DNA of 64,000 nt. It comes from Curvularia clavata (taxonomy: Eukaryota). Position 1 is the first letter of the stretch; each line of letters opens with the position of its first letter. The stretch covers positions 4,650,001 to 4,714,000 of the forward strand of contig CP089274.1 of assembly GCA_023920165.1 (NCBI GenBank), in the 5' to 3' direction. The position numbers and the translations under genes were made by a program. The notes beneath the pieces are model-generated. The model was not told where the DNA came from. It saw only the letters and a program-made list of their open reading frames with translations, and did no database searches. Below are positions 34,633 through 47,851 of the stretch, in pieces.

Positions 34633-35769
34633 TCACGTCCCGTCCATGTCCTCATCCTCGTCTGCCCCATCATCCTCGGCCTCTTCCCACTCGTCATCTT
34701 CCTCGTCCGCCCCAGTAGACGGCCCGAGAACGTCATTCAGTTCTCTCAGCAGCTCATCCGCATGTTCCTTCAACCGCTCGTCCTCATACTCTAGCATAGC
34801 ATATAGCTTCAGGCAATTCTCCAGCCAGTCGCGACTAGCGCGCAGCAGTGATGTAGCAACCTTCTCCTCACCCTTGGCCTTTTGCTTCCCTGCCAGCAAG
34901 TGCAGGCACCAGCCGCCCAGATACCATGCCTCGACACTGCTATCGTTTTCGCCCACTAGTCGCTCCAGAACCTCAATGGCGTCGTCCTCCATCTCAGCTT
35001 CCATCAACAGGCGGGACAGACTAATTCGCACAGAGTAGTCTGGGACCTTGGGGTCATCAGGGTCGAGATCCTTCCACAGATCCATACTCCGCCGAAGCGC
35101 GGATTGAGCCTCTTCAGGCTTGAGTTGCGAGATGCGTATCGAAGCGAGCGTCTGGAGAGGCTCGGGATTCTCTGGTGCAAACAAAAGGGCTTCGGTGACT
35201 GCAGCGTCGCATCGCGCCTCTGCATCCTCCTCCCACGACAGATCTGTCATGTAGACCTCCGCAATGCCACAAAGCGAGTTTGCAATCTTCTGCCTCTTCT
35301 CCTCTAGCAACTCTGCAATCTCGTCCTTCTTTGCCATCTTGCCTTCCAGCCCACCAATCTCCCTCTTCAGCACCTCAATGCCCTTTTCAAACCATTGCAC
35401 GCTTTCAGCACCCCCCTCCTCGTTCAGTTGTGCCATCCATAGGAACTTTTCTGCTCCATCGTGTGTGCCTTCTGGATCGATAACAATCGCGGCCTGGAAT
35501 GCTTCGCGCGCAGAATCTGGGTCGCCCAGCTCGACGTTGATTTCGCCAAGAAGATTCAGCGCGGGCAGCACGGCTGCTGAGGGTTTCGAGTTATCCGGCT
35601 GAAGTAGATTCAGCGCTCTCCGTACGGCGACGAGCGCTTCCTCTGGCTGTGACGTTTGCAAAAAAGTAGCCGCCTGAATCAGCAGTTCTTCGGGAGATGC
35701 TTTCGGTTTTGATGCGCCAGACTTTGCGCTCTTCTTTGATTTTCGGTCTGCTGGCTTCGTTTTGGCCAT
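34633..35769 (-). CDS. ACL4: TPR protein, probable assembly chaperone of ribosomal protein L4
   Basis: Single exon from MAKTKPADRK with TPR helices (LNLLGEINVELGD..A, AEKFLWMAQL, AEVYMTDL, PEPLQTLASIRISQ, VEAWYLGGW) and an acidic tail. Confidence 0.8.
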   Translation of the reverse strand: MAKTKPADRKSKKSAKSGASKPKASPEELLIQAATFLQTSQPEEALVAVRRALNLLQPDNSKPSAAVLPALNLLGEINVELGDPDSAREAFQAAIVIDPEGTHDGAEKFLWMAQLNEEGGAESVQWFEKGIEVLKREIGGLEGKMAKKDEIAELLEEKRQKIANSLCGIAEVYMTDLSWEEDAEARCDAAVTEALLFAPENPEPLQTLASIRISQLKPEEAQSALRRSMDLWKDLDPDDPKVPDYSVRISLSRLLMEAEMEDDAIEVLERLVGENDSSVEAWYLGGWCLHLLAGKQKAKGEEKVATSLLRASRDWLENCLKLYAMLEYEDERLKEHADELLRELNDVLGPSTGADEEDDEWEEAEDDGADEDEDMDGT

Positions 35770-35986
35770 GTTGCAAGACGGGGTTTCGGTGTTTTGGGGT
35801 GTTGAGTCTGTGGTTTGCGAAAAGTCGCAGGCTACCAAAAATTATTTCTCGAACATCGGGCAGTCGGAGCTAACGTGGGGGAAGGCGCGCCCCGCCCCGC
35901 CTAACGCAGCCTCAGCGTCACTCTGCAAGTCGCAAGGCCCTTGGCTACCTTGATAAAATTTCCCCTAACAAAGATAACAATTCACC

Positions 35987-36811
35987 ATGGGAGTCGAAGA
36001 ACAGAAAGAGGAACGCGAGGTCCTAGAGTCCATCTTCGCCGACGAAATTACAGGTAAGCGCATCGTGAAGCAAACCATCGTAAACCTTCCCAAGCATGTG
36101 CTAACACGCCTGTAGACGTTTCCGAGACAGAGTTCCGAGTCTCCATTCAACTCGACGACGGACGGCACGAGGACGAAGAGCGCGAAGATGACCAGCGTAT
36201 GCGACTCCCGTAGTATTCATTCGAAGCGCACTCAAACTTACAAGTAACTAGCCACCATCATCCTCAACGTCTCCTACCCCCCAAACTACCCTGACGAAGC
36301 CCCTCGACTCGACATAACACAGCCTCCCAATGCGCCCAAGCACCCATATCTCGACATACAAGAAGACAAGCAACGGCTCCTCGACTCGTTGTCGGAAACC
36401 ATAGAAGAGAATCTCGGCATGGCCATGGTATTCACTCTCGTCACCGTTCTCAAAGACAGTGCCGAGCTGCTCATGACGGAGAGGCAAAACGCAAAGCAGG
36501 CTCTCGCAGACATGGCGGCCGCCAAAGCCGAAGAGGAGGAAAACAAAAAGTTTCAGGGTGAGGCTGTCACGCGCGAGTCCTTTTTGGCGTGGAGAGAGAG
36601 ATTTAGGGCGGAGATGGCAGAGGAGAAGAGGCGGAGGGAAGAGGAGAAGGAGCTGGAGGATAAGAAGAAGAGGATTGTAAAGGAAGAGAAGAAGTTAACA
36701 GGCAAGGAGCTGTGGCAGCAGGGTTTGGTTGGGAAGGGTGATGACGACGATGACGAGAATAATGTTGACGATGTGGATGTGGGAAAGTTGAAGATTGAGG
36801 CAACTTCATAA
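35987..36811 (+). CDS. GIR2: RWD-domain protein (Gir2/RWDD1-like); 3 exons
   Basis: MGVEEQKEEREVLESIF, YPPNYPDEAP, ENLGMAMVFTLV, and C-terminal GEAVTRESFLAWRERF and KLTGKELW. Confidence 0.88.
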
Positions 36812-36899
36812 TGAATGACATGTCCATCATGCTCCCGCCAAAAGAATCGAGTAGTCCATCAACACAGCAAGTGGTTGTGGCATATGTACACACATGTTG

Positions 36900-37842
36900 T
36901 TACGACTTTGGTTTGATTACTCGAATAGGGTTCCTCTTCCTTCCCCTCACAATCGTCTGTCCCTCCTGCAACGCCAATTTTGTCTCCAGATCTACAATTC
37001 TCTGCATCTTCTTCGTTATATCCCTATCCTTGCGCATATCCTTCTCGTACGCCTCCTGGTTTTCCCGCTCAGACACCCTAATTGCATCAATCCACCTGAC
37101 ATTATCCTCGCGCATCTCCAATTGCGAATCAATCAGTCCGTCCCATTCATCCTCCTGCTTGCATATGGGTAACCACCAATTGCTTAACAGCACCTTGGTA
37201 TCGAACAGCTCAATCTTGCGCTGTAGTCGCTGACGAAGCACGCGGCTCAGCGCTGGGGGCTGAGGCTTTGTGAGACGGAGAAAGGGAACTCCGTTCGCAG
37301 AAGCTAGGACGGGTACGTGGCGGGGTCCAGAGGTCTTCGCGTACGGGCGGACGTTGAGAACAGCCTTTTCGGGGGGGAGGCACGCAAGCCTTTCTTTGGG
37401 CGATTCCTCCCGCGGTGGTCTTATCGGAGGCGCTCGTGTTAGGCCGCGTGGTAGTCGAGATACCAGTCGCATCAGTGTGCTTGTGCTAGCTGCATCGCCA
37501 GCGGCAGAAGCATCGAGATGATCAAGCGTCTAGATTGTGTCAATTGCAAACAGCCAAACACACAAACAGATATCAATGTACCTCGTATCCAGCCTTGAAG
37601 CTCAGCCCAAGTTGATAAGGGCTTTGTATCTTTCTGTTGCGTCGAAATTTATTACGAACGGCATTGCGCAGGGAGACGCGCTCGTCATCGGGGAGTGGAG
37701 CGGAAGAACATCGTGAAAGCAAGGCTCGGTAGAGAGCAATTGCTGTTGATATAATTAGAATGCATATTTTTATTCAAGGATCGAGAGACCAACCTGCTAC
37801 ACGGTGCTGTGTTGACTTTTTGGGCTGGAGGAAGCGGGGCAT
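36900..37842 (-). CDS. Mitochondrial LYR-motif (Complex1_LYR-like) protein; 3 exons
   Basis: Spliced N-terminus MPRFLQPKKSTQHRVA|AIALYRALLSRC...VRNKFRRNRK...GYE continues into ORF 36900..37472 (VPVLASANGVPFLR..KPQP). Confidence 0.75.
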
Positions 37843-38286
37843 GCACGGGGAAGCTCGCTGGTGGAGGTTCCGAGTACAAACTGCGACGCATATTTCGAGT
37901 ATGGCACGCGGTCACGTGCTAGCCTGTAGGGCTCCCACGTTCAGGATGTACCTGATAATTCAAAGTCAGATATTGCATGCTACAGAGATCTTGCACTGCT
38001 TCTCTGTTATTGCCAAAATGACGTAGATTGTCCTTCATGTATATGCTTGGCATGGCTATCCAGCAAGCTTCAGCATGCGTAATCAAACATTCGAAGATGA
38101 GAGCAAGGCGTTTCGGAAGATATCATTCATATTCCTAGTCACATCTCCAGACAAATACTTCGTCTGGCAGATCAAAACTCCGTCACATGCACCTTTGCCT
38201 TGTTCCTGCCGTACATAGAGGTTTCCCATGCAGTCACATCTCTACTCAAGCGGTATTCTCAGGATAGTCTGCGCGTATGGGCGAGG

Positions 38287-38909
38287 CTAGAAAGTCGTTC
38301 CTTCAGGAGGCTGTGGGAGCTTCTTGTTCTGAGGAAGGGCCATATACCTGGTATCTGGTCAGTCCTGGACTTTCTTCTTTGGAGGCATGCTGACCTTCGG
38401 AGCTCAATGAGTATGGTCTCCATGGTGAACTCGCGTTTCCACTGTGCCAGGCAGGGTAGCTTTGTAGGATCGACCTGGTGATGTCAGAATGTGCTCTTCC
38501 ATATTCATCTGGCACAACAGTACCTTTCCGTTTTGAGGGTTGACACATGGCAGGTTAATCTTGGACGTGAACTTGATCTCTGGGGGAGTGTCGGGATAGT
38601 CTGGGCCGCAGTGGATTGACACACTGTAGATGCGGTTCTCGTGGACACTCTAGATACTTCGGTCAATATGTAACAAGGTACATGGGGGTAAAGAAGGCGC
38701 ATACATGGGGGGGACCAAGGATGGTGCCGTTCCAGTCAGACATCAACAGATCGTCTCCGTTGTCAAGACCATATGAACAAGCCTCTGTGCATACTCAGCA
38801 ACCGTTCTCCAAAGCCGTGTGACAAGTATACCGTACCGGCACCGAGGCCCTTCTCGCCCTTCTCCAACTCTTCCAGCAGACGGAAGTTGCGCGGAACCTT
38901 GGCGCCCAT
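38287..38909 (-). CDS. MMS2: Ubiquitin-conjugating enzyme variant Mms2/UEV; multi-exon
   Basis: [60 protein letters not shown], and terminal [19 protein letters not shown]. Confidence 0.95.
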
Positions 38910-39376
38910 TGTTACAGTGCTGGTGCGGGAGTGTTACTGGCAAGTGTGGCGCGTGAGAGGAAGTGGGATAGACGGACCCCGCTTAGAGGTACGATAGTGG
39001 TCGGCGGAGGCTGTGGTCGTGAGTGTGGATCCAGACGGAACGGGTTGTTGGCGGCGCGTGCAGGTTTGTACGTACCAAGCCAGCTCTAGTTGGGCGCAAT
39101 TGTAGGCAAGGCTGTTGGGTGTCAAGCTGATTGCTGCGCTGCTCGTCTCAAGATGCCTGTCGAGATCGGCTAGTGTCGAGGTTATGACGAGACCGCGGCT
39201 GACCAGGGTCTCACCTTGCACCTGCATTGGGCACTCGCTTGGCCACGTCCGCTACGCGACATCTATACGTTGCCTTTCATGGTCTGGCCAAACAACTCCA
39301 CCATCCATATCCTACATTCCCAAGCCGCTCCTTTGCTTGCACAACTGGCCCAGATGCTTCAGCCCATTTGCAGAGG

Positions 39377-42300
39377 ATGACGGCACAAATTCTCGCGGCT
39401 GAACTTGGCAACCTCATCCAGGACTCGAAGCGCAAGAATACCGAACTCCGAAATGCTGCAGAGGCCGCCCTGAAGGATCTCAAGTCACTCTCTAATACCT
39501 CCGAGGCTCAGCTTTCAGCTGGTGAGCTAGCTTACTGTCCGCCAATCTATCACATGTTGACCGTATTCAAGATCTATCCCGACGTCCTCATTTCCTCTCA
39601 CCCTTCTTGATTGCCTGCAATACTCACAATGCCAAATTTGCTGCTACTGGAGTTTCGTGTCTGCAAAGACTTAGTGTTGCACGTGCTTTGCCTCGTGAAC
39701 GGCTGACAGAAGTCCTGGATGCATTCCGCGAGTCGGTAACGTCAAGTAGAGCTCGTCTACTCCAGCAATCACGTGCATTGAGCTGATGCAACCAGGCCAT
39801 GACATTCAGTTGAAGATACTCCAAGCATTGCCTTCATTGCTTCAGAACTATTCAGCAGAAATACGGGGTGATTCCCTTTCATCTGTGCTACAGATATGCT
39901 CAAGCCTCCAGAACGCGAAAAACTTCGCGGTAAGCAACACGGCTGCAGCAACATTGCAACAGCTGGTTATTGTTGTGTTTGACAGAGTCGCAGCAGAAGA
40001 TGGTATAGTGAAGTTGTCCATGTAGTTGACCATGTACTAACTCCCCTGCCAAGAGAAAGCATTAGAAATTCCCACAGTGACCGAGGTGAAAGGGGACGAT
40101 GGTCAAATATCCGTTCGGCCGGCAGCGAACGATGCTTACAAGGTCTGCATCGCGTCTGCGTATCTTGCATCTTGCTGACTGTGACTAGATGTTCACCGAT
40201 CTCATTTCACTTATTGTTGGAGAGAAGCCTGTGTATATGCGATTCGCTTCGCTGCCACCGTCTTCAATACTGGAACTAATCGAGGCAGTACTGTCAAATC
40301 ACAACGAAATCATGACGACACACCCAGAGCAAATCTACATCATACGGGCCCAGCTAATGCCGCTCATCATCCGCTCATTGTCAGACCGATTGTCCTTTGC
40401 AGTGACTGTGCGAATTATACGGATATTACATCTAATCATCCGATATCATCTTGATACACTTCCTTCGGAATGCGAGATTGCACTTGGACTTTTGAATCAC
40501 ATGCTTGACCCAGAGGCTTCGCAGGCATGGAAGAGAGCACTATGTTTAGAGGTATTCCGTAGCATCTACGCCGACTCCAAGCTTCTTCTAGCCATCTATG
40601 CGCTATTTGATGCAAAGAGCGAGAAGAAGAATGTTTTTGGCGACAATTTGGCGGCCTTCGTACGACTTGCGACCGAAAAGCCTGCAGTCATTGGCCTTGG
40701 TCAGCAATCGACCGCCATCACTGGTTTCGAAGATGGAAAACTGGCCCTATCGGACCAAGCCGTTGCTGAAGCCGGTGCTCTGGCTGGCGTTATAGGTGGC
40801 CCTGTGAGTGACAGCGGCGGCAGCAGTGGCCGTTCCCTCGGAATCAGCACGCAATGGAGTACACTCAAAACACCTTGTATTGAACACCTTGACAAGTCTG
40901 ACCCACCTACACTACCAGAAACATACATTTATAGTCTGGTGTTGACATGTATCACCAACATTTCTGAGAGTCTCGCCAAATTCGTCCTCCCTCTGACCGT
41001 ACACCACGAAGGCCGATCCCGGAGAAAAAACAAACCCGACGACTCAAATGAGACCGATGCAGATGCAGCAGAGCCTTCTGAACGTCCTCGCCAACTCTCA
41101 AGAACCCAGTCTTTCCGGAAGAAGACCATACCCGTTAATCCTCTCGACCTTACTGACCATCCCGCCTACGCCTTGGTGCAGACATCAACAAGCTTGGTTA
41201 CAGAGTGCTGGCCAGCCGTCCTCGCGACCTGCTCAACTTTCCTAAATGCTGCCCTCGACAACGACTACTACCGTGCTTTAGTACGGTCTATACAGAAGAT
41301 TACTCAGGTCGCTGGCCTTCTCAGACTTTCGACACCGCGAGATGCCTTCCTCACAACTTTGGGCAAAGCAGCGGTCCCATCAAATATGTTGTTAGCAAAC
41401 GTTTCTGTTCCAACGCCGACTACATCCGAAAAGCCCGGAGTCTTCTCCAATGCCAAAGCCATACTCAGTGTAGAAAGCTTCATGAGTCAAGGTTCTTCAA
41501 TGTCGACGGATAAAAGTAGAGGACCTGCCGCTGAACCGACGATACCTGCGTTAACGCCTCGCAACCTACTATGCTTAAGGGCTTTGCTCAATCTAGCGAT
41601 CGCGTTGGGACCAACTCTTCAGTCGGCATGGTCAATCGTTTTTGAGACGCTGCAAGTAGCCGACTTGGTTATGGCGTTGACGAGCCAAGCCGGTAGCCGT
41701 GGATCTGGGCCTGGGTATCGTGCAGATGGAGAAGGGAATGCTGAGAAGCTAGAGGCAGAAACCTCTGCTGTACAAGGTGCGGCTCGCAGACTGTTTGAGA
41801 GCACCGTTGACTTTCCCAATGAGTCGTTCGCAGAAGTATTGCAAGCTTTGTGTTCCCTTCTGAACAGTACAACTGCGGAAAGTGGCCAAAGGACACCAGC
41901 ATCTTCCAGTCGACCCCAGATCTTGCACCAGCGGCGTCTTGGTAGTGTATCTGGAATCTCGGTGAATACAGAATCAAATCCTCGTGATTCAGCCTTTGCT
42001 CTGAACAAGATTGGAGAGCTCGCAGCACTGAATGAGGCCAGGCTGTCCCAGTACGATCCGGAAGAAAGCGGTTGGAACATCCTGGTCAGAGAAGTTGTAC
42101 AGTTTTCTACGGATAGTCGGAAAGCAACCTCCACGAGGCTGCTTGCTGCTGACGTTCTTGCACGAACTGTCAGAGACATTGCTGAGCTCTCCATGTCTGA
42201 CGAACAGCGCGAGGAAATCCAGGCCCGCATACTTGCTGCATTACAGAAACAGATTGCAGATCTGTACCACTACGATGAAGTCAACAAGGAAACCATAAGT

Positions 42301-44659
42301 GACGCTGATATGCGGGTTCATCAGATTGCTCTGGAAGCACTTAAAAGTGTGATTGAGCATTGTGGAGAGTCACTGGTTGCTGGTTGGGCGTCTGTAATTG
42401 AGAGCTTGATGAGCGTGTTTGTACCAGAACAGCCCTCTTCGCGAGAACAAAAACGTGAGAGTGGACACTCCCAGGCTGACAAACACTCAAACAATGCTCC
42501 TGAAGTCATCTCAAGGCCACTCGCCAGATCTGCTTTTGCAACGGTTAGCCTTATATGCTCGGATTTCATGACCGCTGTTCCAGATGCTTGTCTCTCCACA
42601 CTTCTAGAGCTACTGCGCAGGCTCTGCTCTCAACAGGAGGACTTGAACATGTCACTGACCGTAAGTTGTCTGCACATTCGCCCTTTGCATCGCTAACAGA
42701 GTGCAGGCGATCACTTTCTTCTGGAACGTGTCAGACTACTTGCAATCTCAGGCTAATCTGTCCTCATTACCGGAGATTCTTAGCGAGACAGAAGACGTCA
42801 AACTCGCTGTGGCCACTCACTCACAAGAGGGAATAACGTCGGCGCTGTGGCTCCAGGTTTTAATAAATCTTTCTTCCATCACCGTTGACGAACGCATGGA
42901 AGTACGCAACTCTGCGATCCAAACGATCCAAAGGATTTTTGAGAATTGCTCGGATCAACTATCGTCAACTGTATGGCTGCTTTGTCTGCGTACAATATTG
43001 TTCGGTATGATAAAGGCCAACCTGGAGGTACAGCGCGAAGTCCGGACGCATGCTCCACAGAAAGATCTGCTCAAGGATTGGGGACAAACAACAAAAGCCG
43101 TACTTCAGACTGTGAGCATTTTGAACACCACGTACATGGAAAAGTTGGATGCCTCTCAGCTAGGTGCAGCCTGGTCTGAGCTACTCGATCTGTTGCAGCA
43201 GTATTTTGAGCACCGCTCTCATGCTCTAGGAGCATCCGTTTTCAATACGATCACAGGCGTTCTTTCTCAAACCGAAAACAATCACGCATGGAATATAGAT
43301 CCCCTGCTCAAGACAGCTGCGGTATGGAAAAGCTATTTCCCCTCTCCCGATGCATGGCAGGATGGCATCGAGGAAGACAACCAGGACGCATTTGTGGCCT
43401 ACGCGGATGCGTTCAAAGCTATCTATCACCTCGCAGATCGACCACTTGCTGTAGAGTTGCCTTCGATGCTTGCGAATCTTGAAGTCTGTGTTGTCAATTC
43501 GGACGAAGTTGCCTACTCCTCTGATATGGATAGCATGACTGAGCTTCAGCGCCGGGTTCTGGAGTGCTTAACGATAGTCAAGACAGACGATCCGGGGGTC
43601 CCGTCGTACCTGATAGAACTGCTAGGCCGGTTCATAGCATTGCCCTATGTTTCCCTGGATAAGTTCCCTGGCAAGCGGGGGCCAACGTTTGTCGCACTAT
43701 CAAAAGCATCGATGACGCTATTACAGGACACGACTATCAAGCATATTGATCAGGAAGAGATCTATAACAGCAATGCCTTTGCTCATGCTTTGGGCAGCTT
43801 GGCGCGACCAATACGGGAAAAGTATTTGTGGCAACGTGAAGGCAAAGCGCCCACATTATGGCAAAAGGCTACAATGACAACAATAGCCATCGTCCAGCCA
43901 GCGCTCTCTCACCTTGGCTCCAACCAGGATATTTGGGCCAATCTAATCGAAATAGCTCATTACATTACCCGAGCGCAACTATCGTCAGATGCTCCCATGT
44001 CGCTTGAGAAGGACGAGAAGTTCGACATTGAGTCGTTCAAACAGCTTCGCGAGCTTATTGCCCTTCCTCTCGGCTCTGCATCGCTTCCAGACAGCCTTCG
44101 ACGAACGTATGCCCGCAATCTATTTTCAACATCTCTGATACATAGCCCTCTCTCTGGCGAGTTGCCTGACACCATGACTGCTCCACTTGAAGAGCTCTAT
44201 AAGATCCGACTGGGACAGACTGCCGAGCTTGAGTGTACATGGCGACCGAACATGGGCTATTCGTGTCTCACTGAGCTTTTCAGCCTAGTTGCTGTACATG
44301 ACGGTAGTGCCGAGCGGATCAAACTGGCTCGAGCGGCAGCCCCATATCTCATTCTACGGTGTGCACTCCCGCTCAAGACATACATAGCCGACCACCCTCT
44401 GCGAGGTCGTATGCCGGCACCAGAATCCCAGAGACGCGAGCTGCTATTCGTGCTGGGCGAGCTGCACAAGCTACAGTGTGAGCCACAAGCCATACCCGAC
44501 GCCCCAGGAGTGGAGTCAAAACATAGAAAACATGTGCATAGGTTGTACCCGCTGTTGATAAAAGCAACCAGGGTCGCCAGGCATGATCCGGAAGTATTTG
44601 ACATTCTGTCAAAATTGACAGATGTGGTCGGGCATGAGTTCGGGCTGGATCATGATTGA
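39377..44659 (+). CDS. MON2: Mon2/Ysl2 endosomal-Golgi Sec7-family-like HEAT scaffold; multi-exon
   Basis: MTAQILAAELGNLIQDSKRKNTELRNAAE, DIQLKILQALPSLL, TAAATLQQL, CWPAVLA, PRDAFLTTLGKAA, QQEDLNMSLT|AITFFWNVSD, DERMEVRNSAIQT and PLRGRMPAP. Confidence 0.92.
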
Positions 44660-44902
44660 AGCATGCATGATTCCTAGATATATGGAGCAATCTCTATTGT
44701 GTAAAACTTCTTTGTTCCTATTGTTGTGATTGGAACGATGGCTTGTGAAGCGCTGAAGTCGAATAAATCACGAGGCGGATAGCCGCGGCTCCCCCACAGA
44801 TGAGCGAGCGGAGGCGCCCGCACAGACCGCGACTCCTCCAGACTTGTTATTCATGTCTGCGCCCACTCGTGGCGGAACTGGCGCGCGCGCGCGGAATTAA
44901 CA

Positions 44903-47251
44903 ATGGCAACGACTCCGGCGGACAAGGCCAACATGGGCGATGCCATGAGCCCACCCAACGACTCTGGCAACAATGCGAAACGGAAGAGCGACGATGCGCC
45001 GACACAGCCGAGGGCGAAGCGTAACAGATACATATCCATCGCCTGCAACGAATGCAAGCGTCGGAAGATCAAATGCAATGGCCAGACGCCTTGCCAGCGC
45101 TGCGGGAATCTGAATTTGGACTGTCAATATGCGCCCAACTGTTGTAACAACTTCAAGGAGAGCGAGGAGTAAGCAGAGTGAATAGTTGCAAACAGGACGA
45201 AAGCGTTACTGACGACTTCAAGGTTCAAGCAGATGTCGGCGCATATAAGCTCACTTCAGCAGCAAGTCGACGACCTGTTCCATAATATCAATAGCCTCCG
45301 AAGCCAAGTCGATGTCCAGAGCAATGGCTCAATGGAAACACCATTCACCCAAGACTACCAACAGACGCCGATGATGCCTCAACCAACGCGATCGCGTTCC
45401 AAGTCCTTTAGTAAACACCCTCGCTTCCACGGGCCAACATCAAACGCATTCAATGTGGGCGTCGCAAGGTCAAGCCTCAAAACTATGGGCATAAATCCGG
45501 GTGAGGAAGCGGAAGACGACGGCCTCTTAACTCGCGATGGGACACCTGGGGCATCGCCTCCCGCGCCTAACGGCATGCTGCCGAAGCGGTCGTTCCACGT
45601 AGAAAAAGACCCGATATGGGCCATTTCGAAGCATGATGCCCTTCGGCTGGTCCATGTCTGGCACGAAGAGATGGGTGTCATGTATCCGATTCTGGACATT
45701 GACAAGGTGCTGCGCTACACGGAAATGCTATTCACTTTCGTTGAGGCTGCGGCTAGATCTGGCCTTGTACAAGGTGCTTTTCCTGGCTCGGATGCCATGA
45801 TGGATGAACAGATTAGTATACTAAAACTGGTCCTCGCAATAACACTGGTACTGGAGGGTGGGGGAAAGGACCCTCTGGGTGAGAAGCTCTTCACAAACGT
45901 GCACAAGGTTGTCAACAAGACACTGTCTGAGCCTGTCAATCTTCATAACATTAATCTGCTAGTCCTTACTGTGAGTAAAGATGTTCTGCCGTCTTTGACC
46001 GTGCTGATAAAGATAGGCCATGTACCACTTCACCCGAGACGACGAAGGGTTAGCTTGGCGAGTGAGCGGCCTAGCGTCACGGCATTGTCTCGAGCTGGGC
46101 TTGCATCGCCGGGACACCTATGCAACTCTCTTTCCCAACCCCGAAGACCAGGCTGTGGCGATCCGCACGTTTTGGACAATTTATGTTCTTGATCGTCGTT
46201 GGAGTTTTGGCACTGGAATGCCATTCGCTTTGCAAGATGCAGATATCGACAGTAATCTGCCCAAGCCGGTATGTCACAATAAAGACTTTAGATGTATTAT
46301 AATATCTGACAGATTCAGGATGCATCATCACATGAATCTAGCCCTTATCTCAATGCAATGATCTCTTACTCAATCATCGGATCGAAAGTATGGAGATCAG
46401 TAGCCGATGTGGGCCAGGACAAGATCAACAAAGAAGACATATCTTTCCTTGACTTCCAGGTCCTGAATTGGCATCGCAGCATCCCAGACTCGTTGAAATT
46501 TGTCCATCCTGATAGCGGCAGGCAAATCGAACCCCCAGCGCGCGTAATCCATCGATTACAAGTGGTACTCTACCTTCGGGCTAATCAGATGCGAATTCTC
46601 ATATACAGGCCAGTTTTGCATACAGCCAGTACCATTATGGATAATTTGGATTTTGCACACGTTGTTGTTAAGGTCGCCAAAGACACGATTCGGATACTGA
46701 CCTTCCTTAATCAAACATCCGACATCTACCGAAGTCAGCAGACAATGTTCAACTACTTCCTCATTTCGGCACTGGCAGTGCTGTTCCTTGCGGTTGCCCA
46801 CGCACCGGCGGAGTTCAGCCAGCAGTCTCGGGATGAGTTTTACATGGCCCTCGATCTTGTACGAGGCCTTTCAGTAAACTCATACGTGTCAAAGCGCTTG
46901 TGGAGGACTATAAAGACGATGAAGGAAGTCGGACCGCGCCTTGGACTTGTCATACGCCAAGACGACACTCACGATGCACACTCGTCTGCTGCTGTGGCCA
47001 TGGCAGGCCTGGCAGGTCATTCGATGGATGAACTGGCACTGTTCCCTCATGGCCGCAATGGCAACATCTTGGATACAGCGCAAGGAATGGCTAGTGACCT
47101 CACTACCTTGTTTGAGGCTGCCGGTGGTATCTTCAATCTCCCAGGATTTGGCGGGTCCTCGAGTGAGATGTCAAATGCCAACGGAGAGTTTGTCAATGGA
47201 TTTGGACCGGAAAACGACGAACTGGCGCGTATCATGAGAGATTTATTCTGA
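44903..47251 (+). CDS. Zn(II)2Cys6 transcription factor with fungal-specific TF (middle homology) domain; 4 exons
   Basis: ACNECKRRKIKCNGQTPCQRCGNLNLDC, and LELGLHR...RTFWTIYVLDRRWSFGTGMP. Confidence 0.92.
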
Positions 47252-47851
47252 AAGTCCCAGCTAGTTTAGCATGTCATAATAATCAAATATTCAATTCGTT
47301 TCAATGACGCACAATGATGGCTTTATGACAGGTGATGAGACGAATGCAGAGGAATTGTGAGAGATCACGTGGCCTGCACGATCGCTAAGCTCGGGCGGCC
47401 AGGGCAGCCATCAATCTTCACCTGCCAAAACACGGCTTCACGCGTGCACTATGGGCGCTTGAAGGATCGACTGCACCGATAAGCCGCAAATAAGTAACCC
47501 CTGAGGACTAGGTCGCTCCTCGCGTCGAGCTTGCGCTCATTCGACCCCTCCCCCACCGGACTCGACTGCGTTACGACTACCGCCGACACCTTCCTCGTCC
47601 TACACCCCAACGCCTATACATATGCGATAACGAGACTGCAAACGCAGTTTCTTACACCATACTTATTACCTTCTCGGCTACCGGTGTTTTGACGCCGACG
47701 CTGTTAGCTCTCACTACGATAACAACCCGTCACCCCCACATTCGCATTTTCGAGCCCCTCGTCCAGTGAACGCACCCACGCATTGCGACTGCGCATAGCA
47801 GCACCAACCACGTCTAGAAAGCGGCGCCGGCTTGTACACACGACCGCCAGC

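Noticed and set aside
47783..47851. TTG/CTG-initiated extension of CKB1 containing RKRRR
   Set aside because: It is short, the initiation context is poor, and nothing else supports it. The AUG at 47852 matches the expected N-terminus.
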